Positions 50,508-63,480 of a DNA stretch of 64,000 nucleotides are shown piece by piece. The position numbers and the translations under genes were made by a program. The notes beneath the pieces were generated by a model. It was not told where the DNA came from. It searched no databases and worked only from the letters and a program-made list of their open reading frames with translations. Position 1 is the stretch's first letter. Every line of letters starts with the position of its first letter. The stretch is from Mobula hypostoma (lineage: Eukaryota), in contig NC_086097.1 of assembly GCF_963921235.1 (NCBI RefSeq), positions 68,388,001-68,452,000 of the forward strand, written 5' to 3'.

Positions 50508-53401
50508 CTGAGAGAGAAAGATAAACCAAATTCAATGCAATATTAAAAGAGCAAATTTTTTAAAAATTAACAGCATTAAAATTGTTTGTTTATTATTTAA
50601 ACCAGAAATACAGTTTGATTATTTTAGTATGTCATAAGACATTATCAAATCATTTTTATTGAGAACTATTCTCTAAATACACAAGATTTTCTAGAGGAAA
50701 CACATTTTTTCAAAAGAGGGAAAATGTGTCATTGATCTACAAAATATAATGCAAATTTAATAGGACACGTAGATTTGAAGCTACAATTTCAGATGCTGCA
50801 TTTTATAATCTTAGCAAAGGGACAACCTTGATTGGAACTTGTTCCTTTACCACAAATAGGTAGAAAACTTGAATAAACTTCTCATCGATATTTTCAGTTA
50901 TTTCCTAAAATATTTCAAAATCCTGTTCATTCTGTGGAAAAGGCATGATAAAATAAATTTTAGATTGTATTTAAACATTTAAAAAGGTAAATTCTTTGAA
51001 GCATGGCTTTGAAGGAGTAGACAGGTGTGAAAAGAATACAAAAAAGATGTTCCTAATAGTCGTAGTATAATAATGCACTTATTTGTGATTCATCCAACAT
51101 ATTACTGAATCTTTCTGCTCAGCTATAAAATATTCACAATTACATGAAATAATAGTAATTGATTTAATCATTTACATGTTAATTGAAATATTAGAAACTA
51201 AAGGACAATTAGCCCTCAAAGTCATTCTTGTTTCACTTTGAATAAATGCATAAACTCAGAATATTGATTGAAACAGGAACTTTAATACATCTTATATTGC
51301 TACTCTTCCTGAAAACTAAAGGAAAGTCTTATCTGTATTTTTATATATAGCTATGTTTATGCTCCATAGTTTATCTTTTTTATCTTTTATATCTGATAAA
51401 AGAAATAAATTATGCTGAACTTCTCAATGTTATGAAAGTAATTAAATAAAATTGTCTGATCTTATCTACGTAATCCATTTAAACAAAATTTAAATAGTTG
51501 TTCGTTTTTTTACTGACATAAAAGCATGACAACTGAAGACTATAAGGTATAAGTAGGGATCTCAAAACTGCACAGAATATTATTCTTTTTAGAACCTTTG
51601 ATATTTTATTTTCCCATGTAAGAAACATTTGAAATAAAATTCTTTTGAATTCTAAATACAATTTCCAATGAGAAATATTAAGTCAAAATGTCTAATATTA
51701 TTAATTTATTTTACTCAATTTATAGTTGCGGCCAAAAAAATTATCCTAGAGTTGGTCACTCATAGTATAAGAGATTACAGAGCAGTATAGTGTATACTGA
51801 ATAAAATTACAGTCTTCAAGTTGTATGTCTTCAGTTATAACAGCTTTATTTGTCTATTATATTAATGTTCAAAGTATAACTAAAAATGAAAAGTAAGAAA
51901 GGACAACACCATACTTCGCAAAGAAAAAAAAAGGCACTGAATTCAAGATTGCAAAATCATTTTAAGACTCTTAATGTTCAGACATCATTCAAATGAGCCT
52001 TGAAACCTATTGCGACTACTTAATATTCTAACTTTCTTCCTTAAATATTCTCAGAAATAACTTATGGATTAAAAAATAATGAAACTGAGTTCAATAAATT
52101 GAAATTCCTTTGAACTGAAGTTAAGTTGTGAGTAATGTCATTTATCTTTGTATATTTATCAAAATAGGATAATAAATACACAAAGTTGACAAAATAAATA
52201 ACCCAAACAACTATAAGACACATTTGTGAAGAAATACATCATTGGTAGCTTGCGTTAGGGAGCACCTGTATTCCACTTCTGCAATTTGATCCTAATGATT
52301 CAATATTTCAGAAATGAAGTAGAACCCATATGCATTACTGTATGTATTTTATTTAGTATACATTTACCAACTGTAAATATTATTATTAATACATTTCATT
52401 CATGCAATGTTCCATAATTTAAAAGTTTCTATTTAAAATATTTTTAAATTTTTTATTACTATCATTTTCTGTTTTAGATTATTTGAGTAATGCATCAGAA
52501 AAAAAGCATCAATAATATACAAACAATAAACGTTATCCAAGTAAAATGATTGCTAGGAAGCAAAGGGTGACACAAACCAAAATGTAATTTGTTCCAGAAA
52601 CTCAGCTTGAATTGAGTTGAAAAATTAGAGTTATGAAATGATTTTTGACCTTCATTTTATCCGTGGAGTGAAACATTCTACCACAATAACCAGTTGGATT
52701 AACAGTTATTTTGATGCTAATCTCAAAGAAACCATTTGAGCGACTGTAAACTAAACTGCACGAAATATTCTTTGACACTGTCAAGGAGAAAAAAACTTTG
52801 ACATTCCAGGTTTCTATTTACTTGTTCAAGCAATGGTTGTATATTGAACTTCAGAGAATGAAAAAAAATTATCAATTAAAGTGGTTGAAATGGCTGCAAA
52901 TTATCATTTAAGAATGGAGTAATTGCTTTCATCAAAGGAAGAATAGCTCACCAGAACACATATGTCACTTTAGATTAGTGTTCTCTCTCTTGAAGCCATG
53001 GACGGCACAGCTGATATAAGACTAAATGCCAAGACCAATCAATTGCTTTTGTAGCTCTGCCCTGAGCAGCAGTAAAATAGTCCATTTTCTGGGATCTATG
53101 CTTCATTATTGTAAATGGTATCACCTTGGTAACATAATTCCATTCTTCACAAATTCTGTTTTAAGTACATTGTTGCAACAATGCATTTGAAAACAATATT
53201 GCTACCAGCTTAACACAAATATTAAATGTAATCAGCTGACAGGCGAGTTTAGATCTAGTCCAGAATTCGTACTCTCACTAATTACTTTCCCATATGCACT
53301 AGTTCTTCTAGTTCATTGAATCTTTGAAAATTGCCTCCTTAACCCATTCCCATTAAATGGCAAAGCATTCCAACTTCCCTTTCTGAGGCAGAAGCAGTGT
53401 A

Positions 53402-53734
53402 CAGTCGGCCCTCCTTATCCACGGGTTCCGCATGCGCGGATTCAACCAACTGCGGATTGGGAAAACCGGGAAGTTCTCTCTCCAGCACTCATTGTTCGAG
53501 CATTTTTTCTTATCATTATTCCCTAAACAATACAGTATAACAACTATTTACATAGCATTTACATTGTATTAGGTATTATAAGTAATCTAGAGATAATTTA
53601 AAGTATACGGGAGGATGTGCGTACCTTATATGCAAATACTACGCCATTTTATATAATGGACTTGAGCATCCACATTTTTTGATATCCGTGGGGGGTCCTG
53701 GAACCAAGCCCCGGTGGATAAGGAGGGTCGACTG
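53402..53734. mobile_element. Tc1/mariner-Tigger MITE, MER2-like, 333 bp
   Basis: 21-bp TIRs matching 20/21 (cagtcggccctccttatccac); TA on the left, CA on the right; internal cattattccctaaacaatacagtataacaactatttacatagcatttacattgtattaggtattataagtaatctagag matches recalled MER2. Confidence 0.88.
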
Positions 53735-54139
53735 CAAATGGAATTCAGTATGCATAATCCTCAAAGTACATTCGGGAAAGCTCTTTATCTCAATGTACAG
53801 CACACCTGACAAGACTGATGAGAGTACTTAGTTGTAGTGAAGAAGCCTTGGTAGGTGAAGGGATACACATAAGAAAACATTTTGATAACTGATTATTATT
53901 CAATTAGATTCAAGTTAATTATAAAACAAAACCAAAATAGGCCAAGGGTTAAAATTTACTATACAGATAAGCAAAAGAGGACTAGAAATAATAACATAGG
54001 GGTAAATCAACATCAGAGCAATGGGAAATCTTCACAGTCAAACAGCCCGGAAAATGGCATTTTAGTTCACTATATGCATACTGACCATTAAAATCATTAG
54101 GAGCATTATACTAATCCAGTTTTGAGTTGTAGAGCTATA

Positions 54140-54450
54140 CAGCAGCATAGTGGTTTTAGTGCCAGCAATCCGGGTTCACTTTCTGCTTTTGCCTGCAAGG
54201 AGTTTGTACGTTCTCGCCATGACCACATGAGTTTCCTCAGGGTGCTTTGGTTTCCTCCCACATACCAACAACATATGGTTTAGTAAGTCGTGGATATTCT
54301 ATGTTGGCTACAGAAGCATGGTGACACTTGTGGATGCCCCCAACACATCCTCCGACGTCATTGATCATTGATGCAGATGACACATTTCACTGTACGCTTC
54401 AATGTTTCGATGCACATGAGACAAACAAAGCTCATCTTTAATCTTGATCT
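54140..54450 (+). mobile_element. tRNA-derived V-SINE with Rex1-like tail
   Basis: B-box-like gggttcactt; V-domain ggagtttgtacgttctc...gggtgctttggtttcctcccaca. Confidence 0.75.
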
Positions 54451-54459
54451 CTTTAATCA

Positions 54460-56820
54460 ATCAGCTTGAAAACTACGCCCTTCGGTACAACAGATCCTTG
54501 ACAGCTAAGTTGCCGAACTGAACTCGTCCCATTTTCCTTCTTTCAGCCGACTTCCCTCTGTACCTTTCCTATTCACATACCTATTCAAATGTATTTTAAA
54601 TGTTCAATTGTACCAGCCTCTGCCACTTCCACTGGTATCCCACTCCATATAGACTACTCACTGTGTGAAAAAATGGTCCTTCAGCAGCATTTTAAATCTT
54701 TCCCCTCTCACTTTAAATCTATGCCCTATAGTTTTTGGACTCTGTTACCACATGGAAGATTCTATGGCTACTCACATTATTAATGTCTCTCATGATTTTA
54801 TAAACCTCAGTTATGTCACTACTCAGCTTCCTGCAGTCCAAAGAAGAATAAGACCATCAGACCGTAAGATATAGGAGCAGAATTAGGCCATTTGCCCATT
54901 GAGTCCGCTCCACCATCTCATCACGGCAGATCCAATTTTCCTCTCAGTACCAAACTCCCGCCTTCTCCCTGTATCCCTTCATGCCCTGACCAGTCAAGTA
55001 TCTATCAAGCTCTGCCTTAAATATACATAAAGACATGGCCTACATGGCTGTGGCAAAGAATTCCACAGATTCACCACTCTCTGGCTAAAGAAATTCCTCG
55101 TCATCTCCATTCTAAAAGAACACCGCTTTATTCTGAGGCTGTGTCCTATGGTTCATAGACCATAAGACATAGGTGCAGAATTAGGCCATTCAGCCCATCA
55201 AGTCTGCTCCATCATTCTACCATGGCTGATTCCGGATCCCACTCAACTCCATACACCAGCCTTCTCGCCATATCCTTTGATGCCCAGACCAATCAGGAAA
55301 CTATCAACTTTCCCCTTAAATATGCCCATGGACTTGTCCTGCACTGCAGTCTGTGGCAGAGCATTTCACAGATTCACTACTCTCTGGCTAAAATATTCCG
55401 CCTTACCTCTGTTCTAAAAGGTCTGCACTCAATTTTAAGGCTGTGCATCCAGTTCTGGATTCCTCTACCAAAGGAAACATCCTCTCCATATCCACCCTAT
55501 CTAGTCCTTTCAACATTCGGTAGGTTTCAATGATATCCCCACACCTTCTTCAAAATTCCAGTGAGTACAGACCCAAAGGTGTCAAACACTCCTCATATGT
55601 TAACCCCTTCATTCCCAGAATCATTTTCGTGAACCTTCTCTGGACTCTCTCCAATGACAATACCTCCTTTCTGAGATATGAGTCCCAAAACTGTTGACAA
55701 TTCCCCAAGTGCAACCTGACTAGTGTCTTATAAACCCTCAGCATTATCTCCTTGCTTTTACATTTATTCCCCTTGAAATAAATGCCAACATTGCATTTGC
55801 CTTCTTTACCACAGACACAACCCATAAATTAACCTTCTAGGATGTTTGAAGCTTCTCCCCATTTAGATAATAGTCCGCGCTATTGTTCCTTCCACCAAAA
55901 TGCATCATCATACATTTCCCAACACTGAATTCTATCTGCCACTTTTTTGCCCATTCTTCCAATTTGTCTAAGTCCAGCTGCAATTGCATTGCTTCCTCAG
56001 CACTACCTACCCTCCACCTATCTTTGTATCATCTACAAACTTTGCCACAAAGCCTTCAATTCCATTATCTAAATCAATGGCAAACAATGTGAAAAGCAGC
56101 AGTCTCAATACTGACTATTGTGGAACACCACTAGTCAGCGGTAGCCAATCAGAAAAGGCCCCTATAAATCCTGGAATCATTTTCATGAACCTTCTTTGAA
56201 CCCTCTCCAATTTCAGCACATCCTTTCTTCAATATAGGGCCCAAAACTGCTCACAATATTCCAAGTGAGGCCTCACCGTGCTTTACAAAGTCTCAACATT
56301 ACATCATTGCTTTTATATTCTAGTCCTCCTGAAATGAATGCTAACCTGACCACATTTGCCTTCCTGACCACAGACTCAACCTGCAAATTAACCTTTAGGG
56401 AATCCTTCACAAGGACTCCCAAGTCCCTCTACACCTCAGTTTTCTTTGATTTTCTTTCTATTTAGAAAACAGTCTACCCTTTCATTTCTTCTACGAAAGT
56501 GCATGACTGTAACTTCTCAACACTATATTCCATCTGCCATTTCTTTGCTCATTCTCCTAATCTGTCAAAGTCCTTCTGTGGTCTCTCTACTTCCTCAAAT
56601 CTACATGCCTCTCTCCCTATCTTTACAGAATCTGCAAACTTTGCAACAAAACTATCAATTCCATTATCCAAATCATTGGCATATAACATAAAACAAATCA
56701 GTCCCAACACAGACCTCCGTGCCAACCAGAAAAGGCTCCCTTTATTTCCACTTTCTTCCTCCTGCCAATCAGCTATTGCTTTATCCATGCTAGAATCTTT
56801 CCTGTAATACAATGGGCTTG
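54460..56820 (-). mobile_element. Cluster of three CR1-type fragments (54460-54845; 54850-55153 resuming at ~56165-56820; nested ~55155-56160)
   Basis: Two separate accataag-type tails at ~54850-54875 and ~55158-55172; LERVQRRFTKMILGMKGL; NDLDNGIDSFVAKFAD. Confidence 0.85.
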
Positions 56821-57619
56821 TCATAATGCAATAGCCTATCTAGCTTCTCCTTATATCTCAAACCTTCACCAGAGATTCACCAGAAATTAATGCGGCTACA
56901 AAACGGATATGTTCCCAATAAGGAAAAAAGATAGGATTCGCAAATATGGAACATCTTATTTTTGAGGAGCATATGGGACAGAGGAAGGGTAAAATGGAAA
57001 CTTATACCAAGAACTTAGTACAGCACTACAGAAATTTTAAAAGAATGTGGCATGTGCAGTGGTTAAATTTAAAAAGAAAACAGGGTGGCAAATATATCCT
57101 TGAAAGAAAATAATTACAGGAAGTCTAAGTATGTTCTGTAGATAAATAAACAGAAGGAGAACACTGGAAAGAGTAAATCATTTAAAGATCAAAATGGTAA
57201 CCTGAGTGCTAGGGTATTTGTTATGCACGTGATTCTAATTAATATTTTGTGACACTTTACCAAATTCAGTAATAATGGAAACATTGAAGAATTAGAACAT
57301 GAAATATTGAATAAGAAAGCAGTGTGAGAAAGGAAATGGAAAGGGATTTCATATCTTTAAAAGTAGGAAAATTGCCAGACCTGGATAACAGTATCTGATA
57401 CTGTGAAAAGAGGTAATGGAGGAAATAGCAGAAGCTGACAATCATTTTCAAATCCTCTGTGGCTGCAAGCACGTTGAAAAAGGACAGCAAGATTGCTAAT
57501 ATAGTACAGATAATTCAAAAGGATTTGGGAATTGACTGATTAAACACGAGTCAGCCTAACCTCCAAAGTGGAAAAACAGGAAGAAAACAATTAAACTATG
57601 TGAAGATACAAATAGACTA

Positions 57620-57740
57620 AGATAAAAACAGAAAATGCTGGAAATACTCAGCAGATCAAGCCGTATGCCTGGTAAGGGAAACCAAAATAACATTTCAGTT
57701 TGAAGACCCTTGGTTAGAACTGAGAAGGAGACAAAAAACA
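57620..57740 (-). mobile_element. Penelope terminal fragment, decayed hammerhead
   Basis: aaaacagaaaatgctggaaatactcagcag...tttcagtttgaagaccctt. Confidence 0.55.
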
Positions 57741-59494
57741 GTTTGTAAAACTGCAAGGAGAGTGGTTGTGTGAGGAAATGTCTCTGTTAGGGTAAAATCA
57801 GTGTGACTTTGGAGATGAAGGTTTTCTGATCAATAAGAGAACAGGAAAATTTAAAGAGTAGGAAAAATAAACAAAATTGTAGGAGTAACAATGCAGAGCA
57901 GAAGGCATACCCAGTCGGTCAGAAGGGAAAAATTTCACAAAAAGGGGAAAAGAATTAACAAACAAATACTATATCAGAGAGCAGAAAGTCAGGCAGTTTA
58001 GATATTTCACAAAGCAAGCAAGATGCTTGCCTGTTTTGGTTGAACTTAAAAACTGGAAGGTCATGATGGAATTATTTAGAACCCTATTTCAACACAATAA
58101 CTGGAGTTCCACACAGAGATTATGTGAGACTTTGCTAGAATGAACAATTTGGAACTAGATCCTTTAGACAACAGATCAAAAACAAGAGGCCACATAGTTA
58201 AGGTATTTTACCAAAGGACTGTTGTCCAATTGAGAAATAGTTTCATCCTCTTCCAAACTATAGAGAATGCAAAAGGCTGAAAACACAACCACCAGACTCA
58301 GGGTCAAATTCTATCCTTCTAGTATAAGACTATTAAACAGACCTCTTGTATGATAGAATGGACTATTTACCTCACAGCCTACCTTGTCATGGCCTGCACT
58401 TACTGTTGCATGCACTACACTTGTTCGGTAACTGTAAAACTACATCCTTCATTTTGTTGGCGTTTCTCTTCTGTACTAACTAAATAAACTGATGGGTTGA
58501 AATTATTAGTACGGATAACATGCAAAACAAAGGTTTTCACTGTACCTTGGTACATGTAACAAAATAATAATTACTATAATAATAATAATAACAACAACAA
58601 ATAGCAACTATTATTATCAAAATAAAACAAGCCATTTTCCAGGGTGACTGTTTAAGCCCACTATGGTTTTGTCTAGCTTTAGATCTTTAATTTACTGAAT
58701 CGGATGAAAATAGGGTAGGAAAGCAGAGACAACCAAACAAAACACACCTTGACACACACACCTTCCGTACATGTATGATTTGAAATCTTATGCTCATTCA
58801 TCAGTAAAGCTAAAACAATTAATTCAAACAGTACAACTATATTTGAAAGATATAAACATGAAATTTGGATTAGCTAAATGAAGAACATTAAACATAAAGA
58901 AAGGTGTAATAGAGCTAGTAGAATATATAGCAAAGCAGCAGGATACAACTGATGGTTGAAAATGAAACATATAAGTATTTGTGATATTAACAAGCAAACA
59001 AAATAGATCATAGTGTCATAAAGGGAAACTTTTGACAGAATTAAGAAAATCTGCCAAACAGAGCTCAATAGAAATATATAACGAAGGCAGAAAACACTTG
59101 CGCTATATCTATATTAACATATTATTTTGGCATAATACCTTAGTCTGAAACTAATGTGGAAAATTTACAAAAACAAATAAGAAATGAAATGACAAATTTT
59201 AGAAAGCACTACGTACGCTCAAACATAATTAGATTAACACCACCTAGGACTGAAGGAGAAAGGAATAACAGATATAAAAAAATTCACATAACAGTCAGAT
59301 AAAACTTCTAAGGATATATTTTCATCAATGAAAATAGGATTCAGCACTCCATGCGAGCATATGTAATTCTGATAAGAACTAAACTTAAATAAAACCACAA
59401 CCCAGAAAAATGATGAAATGATCACTACAGAAGAAAAAGTTAACCAATGGAACAGCATGACCCTCTGTGGAAGACAATCCCACAATCTGAAAAG

Positions 59495-59820
59495 ACTAGA
59501 TGTTGACAAGGATGTTTCCCATGCTGAGGGAGTCTAAAACCAGAGGACACAGCTTCAGAATAGAAGGGCATCCTTTTACAATGGAAATAAAGAGGAATTT
59601 CTTCGCCAAAGAGTGGTGGATCTGTGGAAGGCGGCTGCAGAGGCCAAATCATTGGGTATATTTAAGGCAGAGGTTGATACATTCTTGATTAGTCAGAGCA
59701 TTTAGGGATATGGGGAGAAGGCAGAAGATTGGGCTGAGAGGGAAAATAGATCAGCCATGATGAAATGGCAGAGCAGGCTCAAAGGGGAAAATGGCTTAAT
59801 TCTGCTCCTATATCTTATAG
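59495..59820 (+). mobile_element. CR1-type 3' end nested in the R4/Dong element
   Basis: RMFPMLRESKTRGHSFRIEGHPFTMEIKRNFF; tail ctgctcctatatcttat. Confidence 0.88.
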
Positions 59821-60647
59821 GAAGTATCCAACCTCTGACCCAGAATTACAGACCTCTTCCCAGAAACAGAGGAGTTCTTTGTGACTATACAGAACTGGGT
59901 AGATAACACACACAAAAAAATTATCAATATGCACAATAAAAGACCAACAAATTCAAAATGATAAATGTAGAAAATGCCAAGGGAAACCAGAACCAATTCA
60001 ACACATTACAGGATCCTGCAGCAGTTTAACACAATCTGATTACTTACACAAGTACAATCAAGTGGCAAATATCATTCACCAAAATCTTGCTTTCAAATAC
60101 AAGCTCATAAAAGACACCATTCTATAAATACAGGCCTGATCCAGTTTTAGAGTCAGAGTCCCACAAATTATATTACGACCAATCCATTATAACAGATAGG
60201 ACAATCCATAATAACTGTCCATATATAATTGTCATGGTCCGGATCGGGGTCCCTTTAAATTTACCTTGTTTATGTTACGATCCGGACTGTCGATTCCCTG
60301 TTTTCCCGTGTCCCTCGACTTTGGTGATGAAAGGCAATTAACACTCGGCTGAACCGGTAGTTTATAGTTTCCGGCTTTCAGCCGTTCGGTGCGGGAGCAT
60401 CTGCAAAGTCTGCAAAGTCACAGCGTGCCAATGTCATCCGGCCGGAGCAAGCCTTGTCTCCACCTGAAGCGAGTGCCGGTAATTCGCCTTTCCTCACCAG
60501 AGCAACCCTGTCCAGTTACCTCGCCAAAGCGAGCCTGCAAAGTTTCCTCTTCAAGGTGGGTCCGTCAGTTAACCCACCGGAGAGAATCAAGAGCCGCTGT
60601 CTACTGTTCCCGGGCCGAGTCGAGAGCTCGGCACTACCCAGAGGTTC

Positions 60648-60838
60648 CAAGCACCATGTCCTGGCTCCGGCGGTATCCAAGTACCATGTCCATGTCCTGT
60701 CTCTGGCGGCATCCAAGTCCTGGCCCTGGCGGTGTTCAAGTACCATGTCAAGTCCTGGTCCTGGCGGCGTTCAAGTACCATGTCAAGTCCTGGCCCCGGC
60801 GGCTTCCCAGTTCTGAGTCATGTCCTGGCCCTGGCGGT
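60648..60838 (+). repeat. Irregular ~30-35-bp tandem repeat inside the LTR
   Basis: Unit caagtaccatgtcaagtcctggYcctggcggcgtt; copies at 60737 and 60772 are 35 bp apart. Confidence 0.85.
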
Positions 60839-60975
60839 CTGTGATTTCTGTCCTACCCCCTTGTCTGAAACCCTTCTCTGCCCCCTCGCCTCTAGCCCTT
60901 GTCTGCAGCCCCCGCCTGCACTTCGGTCTAGTTCCATCACCGGAACTCGATAGGTACTGTCTGGTGTTCATTCCT

Positions 60976-61191
60976 GTTGGTCTTGTCTTGTCCTCGCCTC
61001 CATGGGGGAAGTCAGGCCATCTTGCCGTTGCTCCGCGGGGAGTCATGTCTTGTCTTGTCCTGTCCTCGCCTCCGTGGGGTAAGTCAGGCCATCTTGCCGT
61101 TGCCCCGCGGGAAGTCGTGTCTTGTCTTGTCTTGTCCTTGCCTCCGTGGGGTAAGTCAGGCCGTCTTGTCGTTGCCCCACAGGGGATCATG
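60976..61191 (+). repeat. 72-bp tandem repeat x3 inside the LTR
   Basis: Anchor aagtcaggcc at 61009, 61081 and 61153. Confidence 0.92.
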
Positions 61192-61416
61192 AGTCCCAGC
61201 CCTATGTCCTGTACCCAAGGAGGGGTCCCAGCTCTCTGTTCTGTGTGTGAGTCCTAGCCCTATGTCCTGTACCCAAGGAGGGGTCCCGGCTCTCTGTTCT
61301 GTGTGCGAGTCCCGGCCCTATGTCCTGTACCCAAGGAGGGGTCCCGGCTCTCTGTTCTGTGTGCGAGTCCCGGCCCTATGTCCTGTACCCAAGGAGGGGT
61401 CCCGACTCTGTGTTCT
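61191..61416 (+). repeat. 58-bp tandem repeat x~3.9 inside the LTR
   Basis: Units start (gagtcc) at 61191, 61249, 61307 and 61365. Confidence 0.93.
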
Positions 61417-63194
61417 AAGTATGTGTCCATGGTTCCATGTACCTGCTCTCCTGAGACCGAGGCTCTGTTTTCCATGTTCCTCCTCTCCCTAGCCCATGTC
61501 ATGTCCATGCCTGGTTCTGGGGTCCGAGCCCGAGGCAAGACCCAGGTACTGGGTCCTTGCCCAGTCTTGGGCTCGGAGTCCATACCCTAGCCTCTTCATG
61601 TCTCCTCTAGTTCTGGGAGCCGATTCCAAGTCCTAGCCCAGACCCTTGGTCCCAGCCTAGTCATAGTACTGAGTCCTTATCCTGTTCGCTATTCCTGCTT
61701 CTGTCTTGCTCTCCTGGTATTGTACAATAAACTAAACCTAAGAAACCTCACAAGATGTGTCTTGCATTTGGGTCCACCCTTGCTCCCAAGACCCCTGCCA
61801 TTGTGACAATAATATTACAGGATAAACAAGCAAGAACTACTCACTTAAGAGAGATATCCATTCTAAACACACATAACATACAGAAATCAGTAACTGAAAA
61901 ACATCAGAAATATACAGAATTAAAGGAAACTGAAAGACTATGGAGCACGAATAGAGTATACATTGTCCCTATAGTAATATCTACAACAGGTACCATTCCA
62001 AAGTCACTCCTCAATAGCATTAAACAATTAGGCATACCCAACAGTATTTATGTAAATCGCCAAAAAGCCACAATACTAAACACTGCTAGAGTAGTCTGAA
62101 AGTTCCTAGCAATTGAGAAATGACTGTGCTTAGCTCTGCCCGTACCTCAGGTTTTACAAAATTGAGCTGAGAAAAAATAAAAATATAATAGTAAACCAAA
62201 TGGGTGATGTTTATATGGAATTATTACTCATTGCCTAAAACATTGGAAGAAACAAAAACATTATATTTCAAAGAGAGTATATGTCTCTCTTTCAGCCACT
62301 ATCTTCAGGAAGTTTGAATGTGCGATTAGAGTGAATACTTTATGATGTGATAATCAAATTTAGGATAATAAACGGGTGCTGCATAAATGAGGTATTGCTG
62401 ACAATAATTTCATGTGTTATCTTGGCCTGATCTCTCGGATTTCTAAAACTGGGATCTTTTTATCTCCCTTATTCTCATGAGGTCAAATTGTTTTGAAGGT
62501 AATATTGGCTGGATGCAAGCATCATTTCAGTTTTATCAACTAAATTTTGCAAACATCACCTCTTCTTCCCTATTCTTACATACCTGTGCTGTTTGTCCTC
62601 TGGTCATTCTCCCAATTATACTTCAGGAGAATACCACCAAATGGATTTATTTGGTAGAAATAGCAAAGTCGCCTTTAGATGGGACATTAAATCCAGAGTA
62701 GATGTTCAGCTATCATTAAATCAGCATTAACCTGCCTTCTCTGCCCGTAGCTAATGATTTTCCCAGCAGGACTTCTGCCACAATTTTGCCATATCAGCTA
62801 ACAACAGAAAGTAAGTGAGGACCAGATCTACACATCAAATCTCTGACAAACTATGTTGGACCAGAATATGTAATCTCTTTCCAACTCCATCTGAGAAAAG
62901 GCAGACTTGAATTGTCCTGCATGATTTTTTCCACTGAGCTGCAATTCTCAGGTCTACTGTAAAGTTTCATTCACTCCACCTGGTGTTCTACCCCTCTACT
63001 ACCGCTAAACAGCAACCATAAAGTTGCACAAGTTCTTCCTCATTTTCAAAAGCAACATGTGTTCAGGAATCCTCTTCCTCACAAAGCACCAACTTCAGTT
63101 TTGAGATTTTAAAAAATGCCAAGTAATTTCATCCCTATGGATTGAAACAATCAATTTCAAAGACAACTTGCTCTGCCAAGTAAGTTAGTAAACA

Positions 63195-63480
63195 AGAGTT
63201 AAGATAAAGATTAGTACATTGGTACACACATTTGTCATAAATGTGTCATTTGCGTCAACAATCAACACAGCCTGAGGATGTGCTGAAGGCAGCCACAAGT
63301 GTCGCCATGCATCTAGTGCAAACACAGCATACCCACAGTTTACTAATCTGTATTGTCTTTGCAATGTGGCAGGAAAGCAGAGCGCCCGGAGGAGACCATA
63401 CAAACTGCTTACAGACACAGCATGAATTGAACCTCAAATACTTACACTGAAAAGCATTATGCTAACTGCTATACTATTGC
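63195..63480 (-). mobile_element. tRNA-derived V-SINE, same family as 54140-54450
   Basis: Reverse strand tgtaagcagtttgtatggtctcctccgggcgctctgctttcctgccacattgcaaagac; shared body catggcgacacttgtggctgcc. Confidence 0.7.

Larger units (their letters stand above)
60230..61808 (+). mobile_element. Solo LTR (1579 bp, GC-rich) with 5-bp TSD
   Basis: TGTCA...TGACA termini; ataat at 60225-60229 and 61809-61813; AATAAA near 61726; removing it rejoins the host element's RLE region. Confidence 0.92.
58590..62180 (+). mobile_element. R4/Dong-clade non-LTR element (RT, CCHC, RLE) split by a CR1 tail and a solo LTR
   Basis: IFQGDCLSPLWFCLAL at ~58635; decayed YMDD (tacatgtatgat) at ~58767; DINMKFGL; KCRKCQGKPEPIQHITGSC at ~59962; TDRTIHNNCPYI|ILQDKQARTT..YIVPIVISTTGTIPKSL across the LTR; TAA-rich DNA at both ends. 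Confidence 0.85.

Noticed and set aside
54140..54200. tRNA-like A/B box sequence
   Set aside because: Decayed SINE head; cannot form a cloverleaf, so not a tRNA gene.
60648..61416. Regularly spaced repeats resembling a CRISPR array
   Set aside because: Units are head-to-tail with no unique spacers, lie inside an LTR, have no cas genes nearby, and the DNA is vertebrate.
60389..61590. Many overlapping 100-150 aa ORFs on both strands
   Set aside because: By-product of GC-rich tandem repeats in the LTR; repetitive peptides with no domain.
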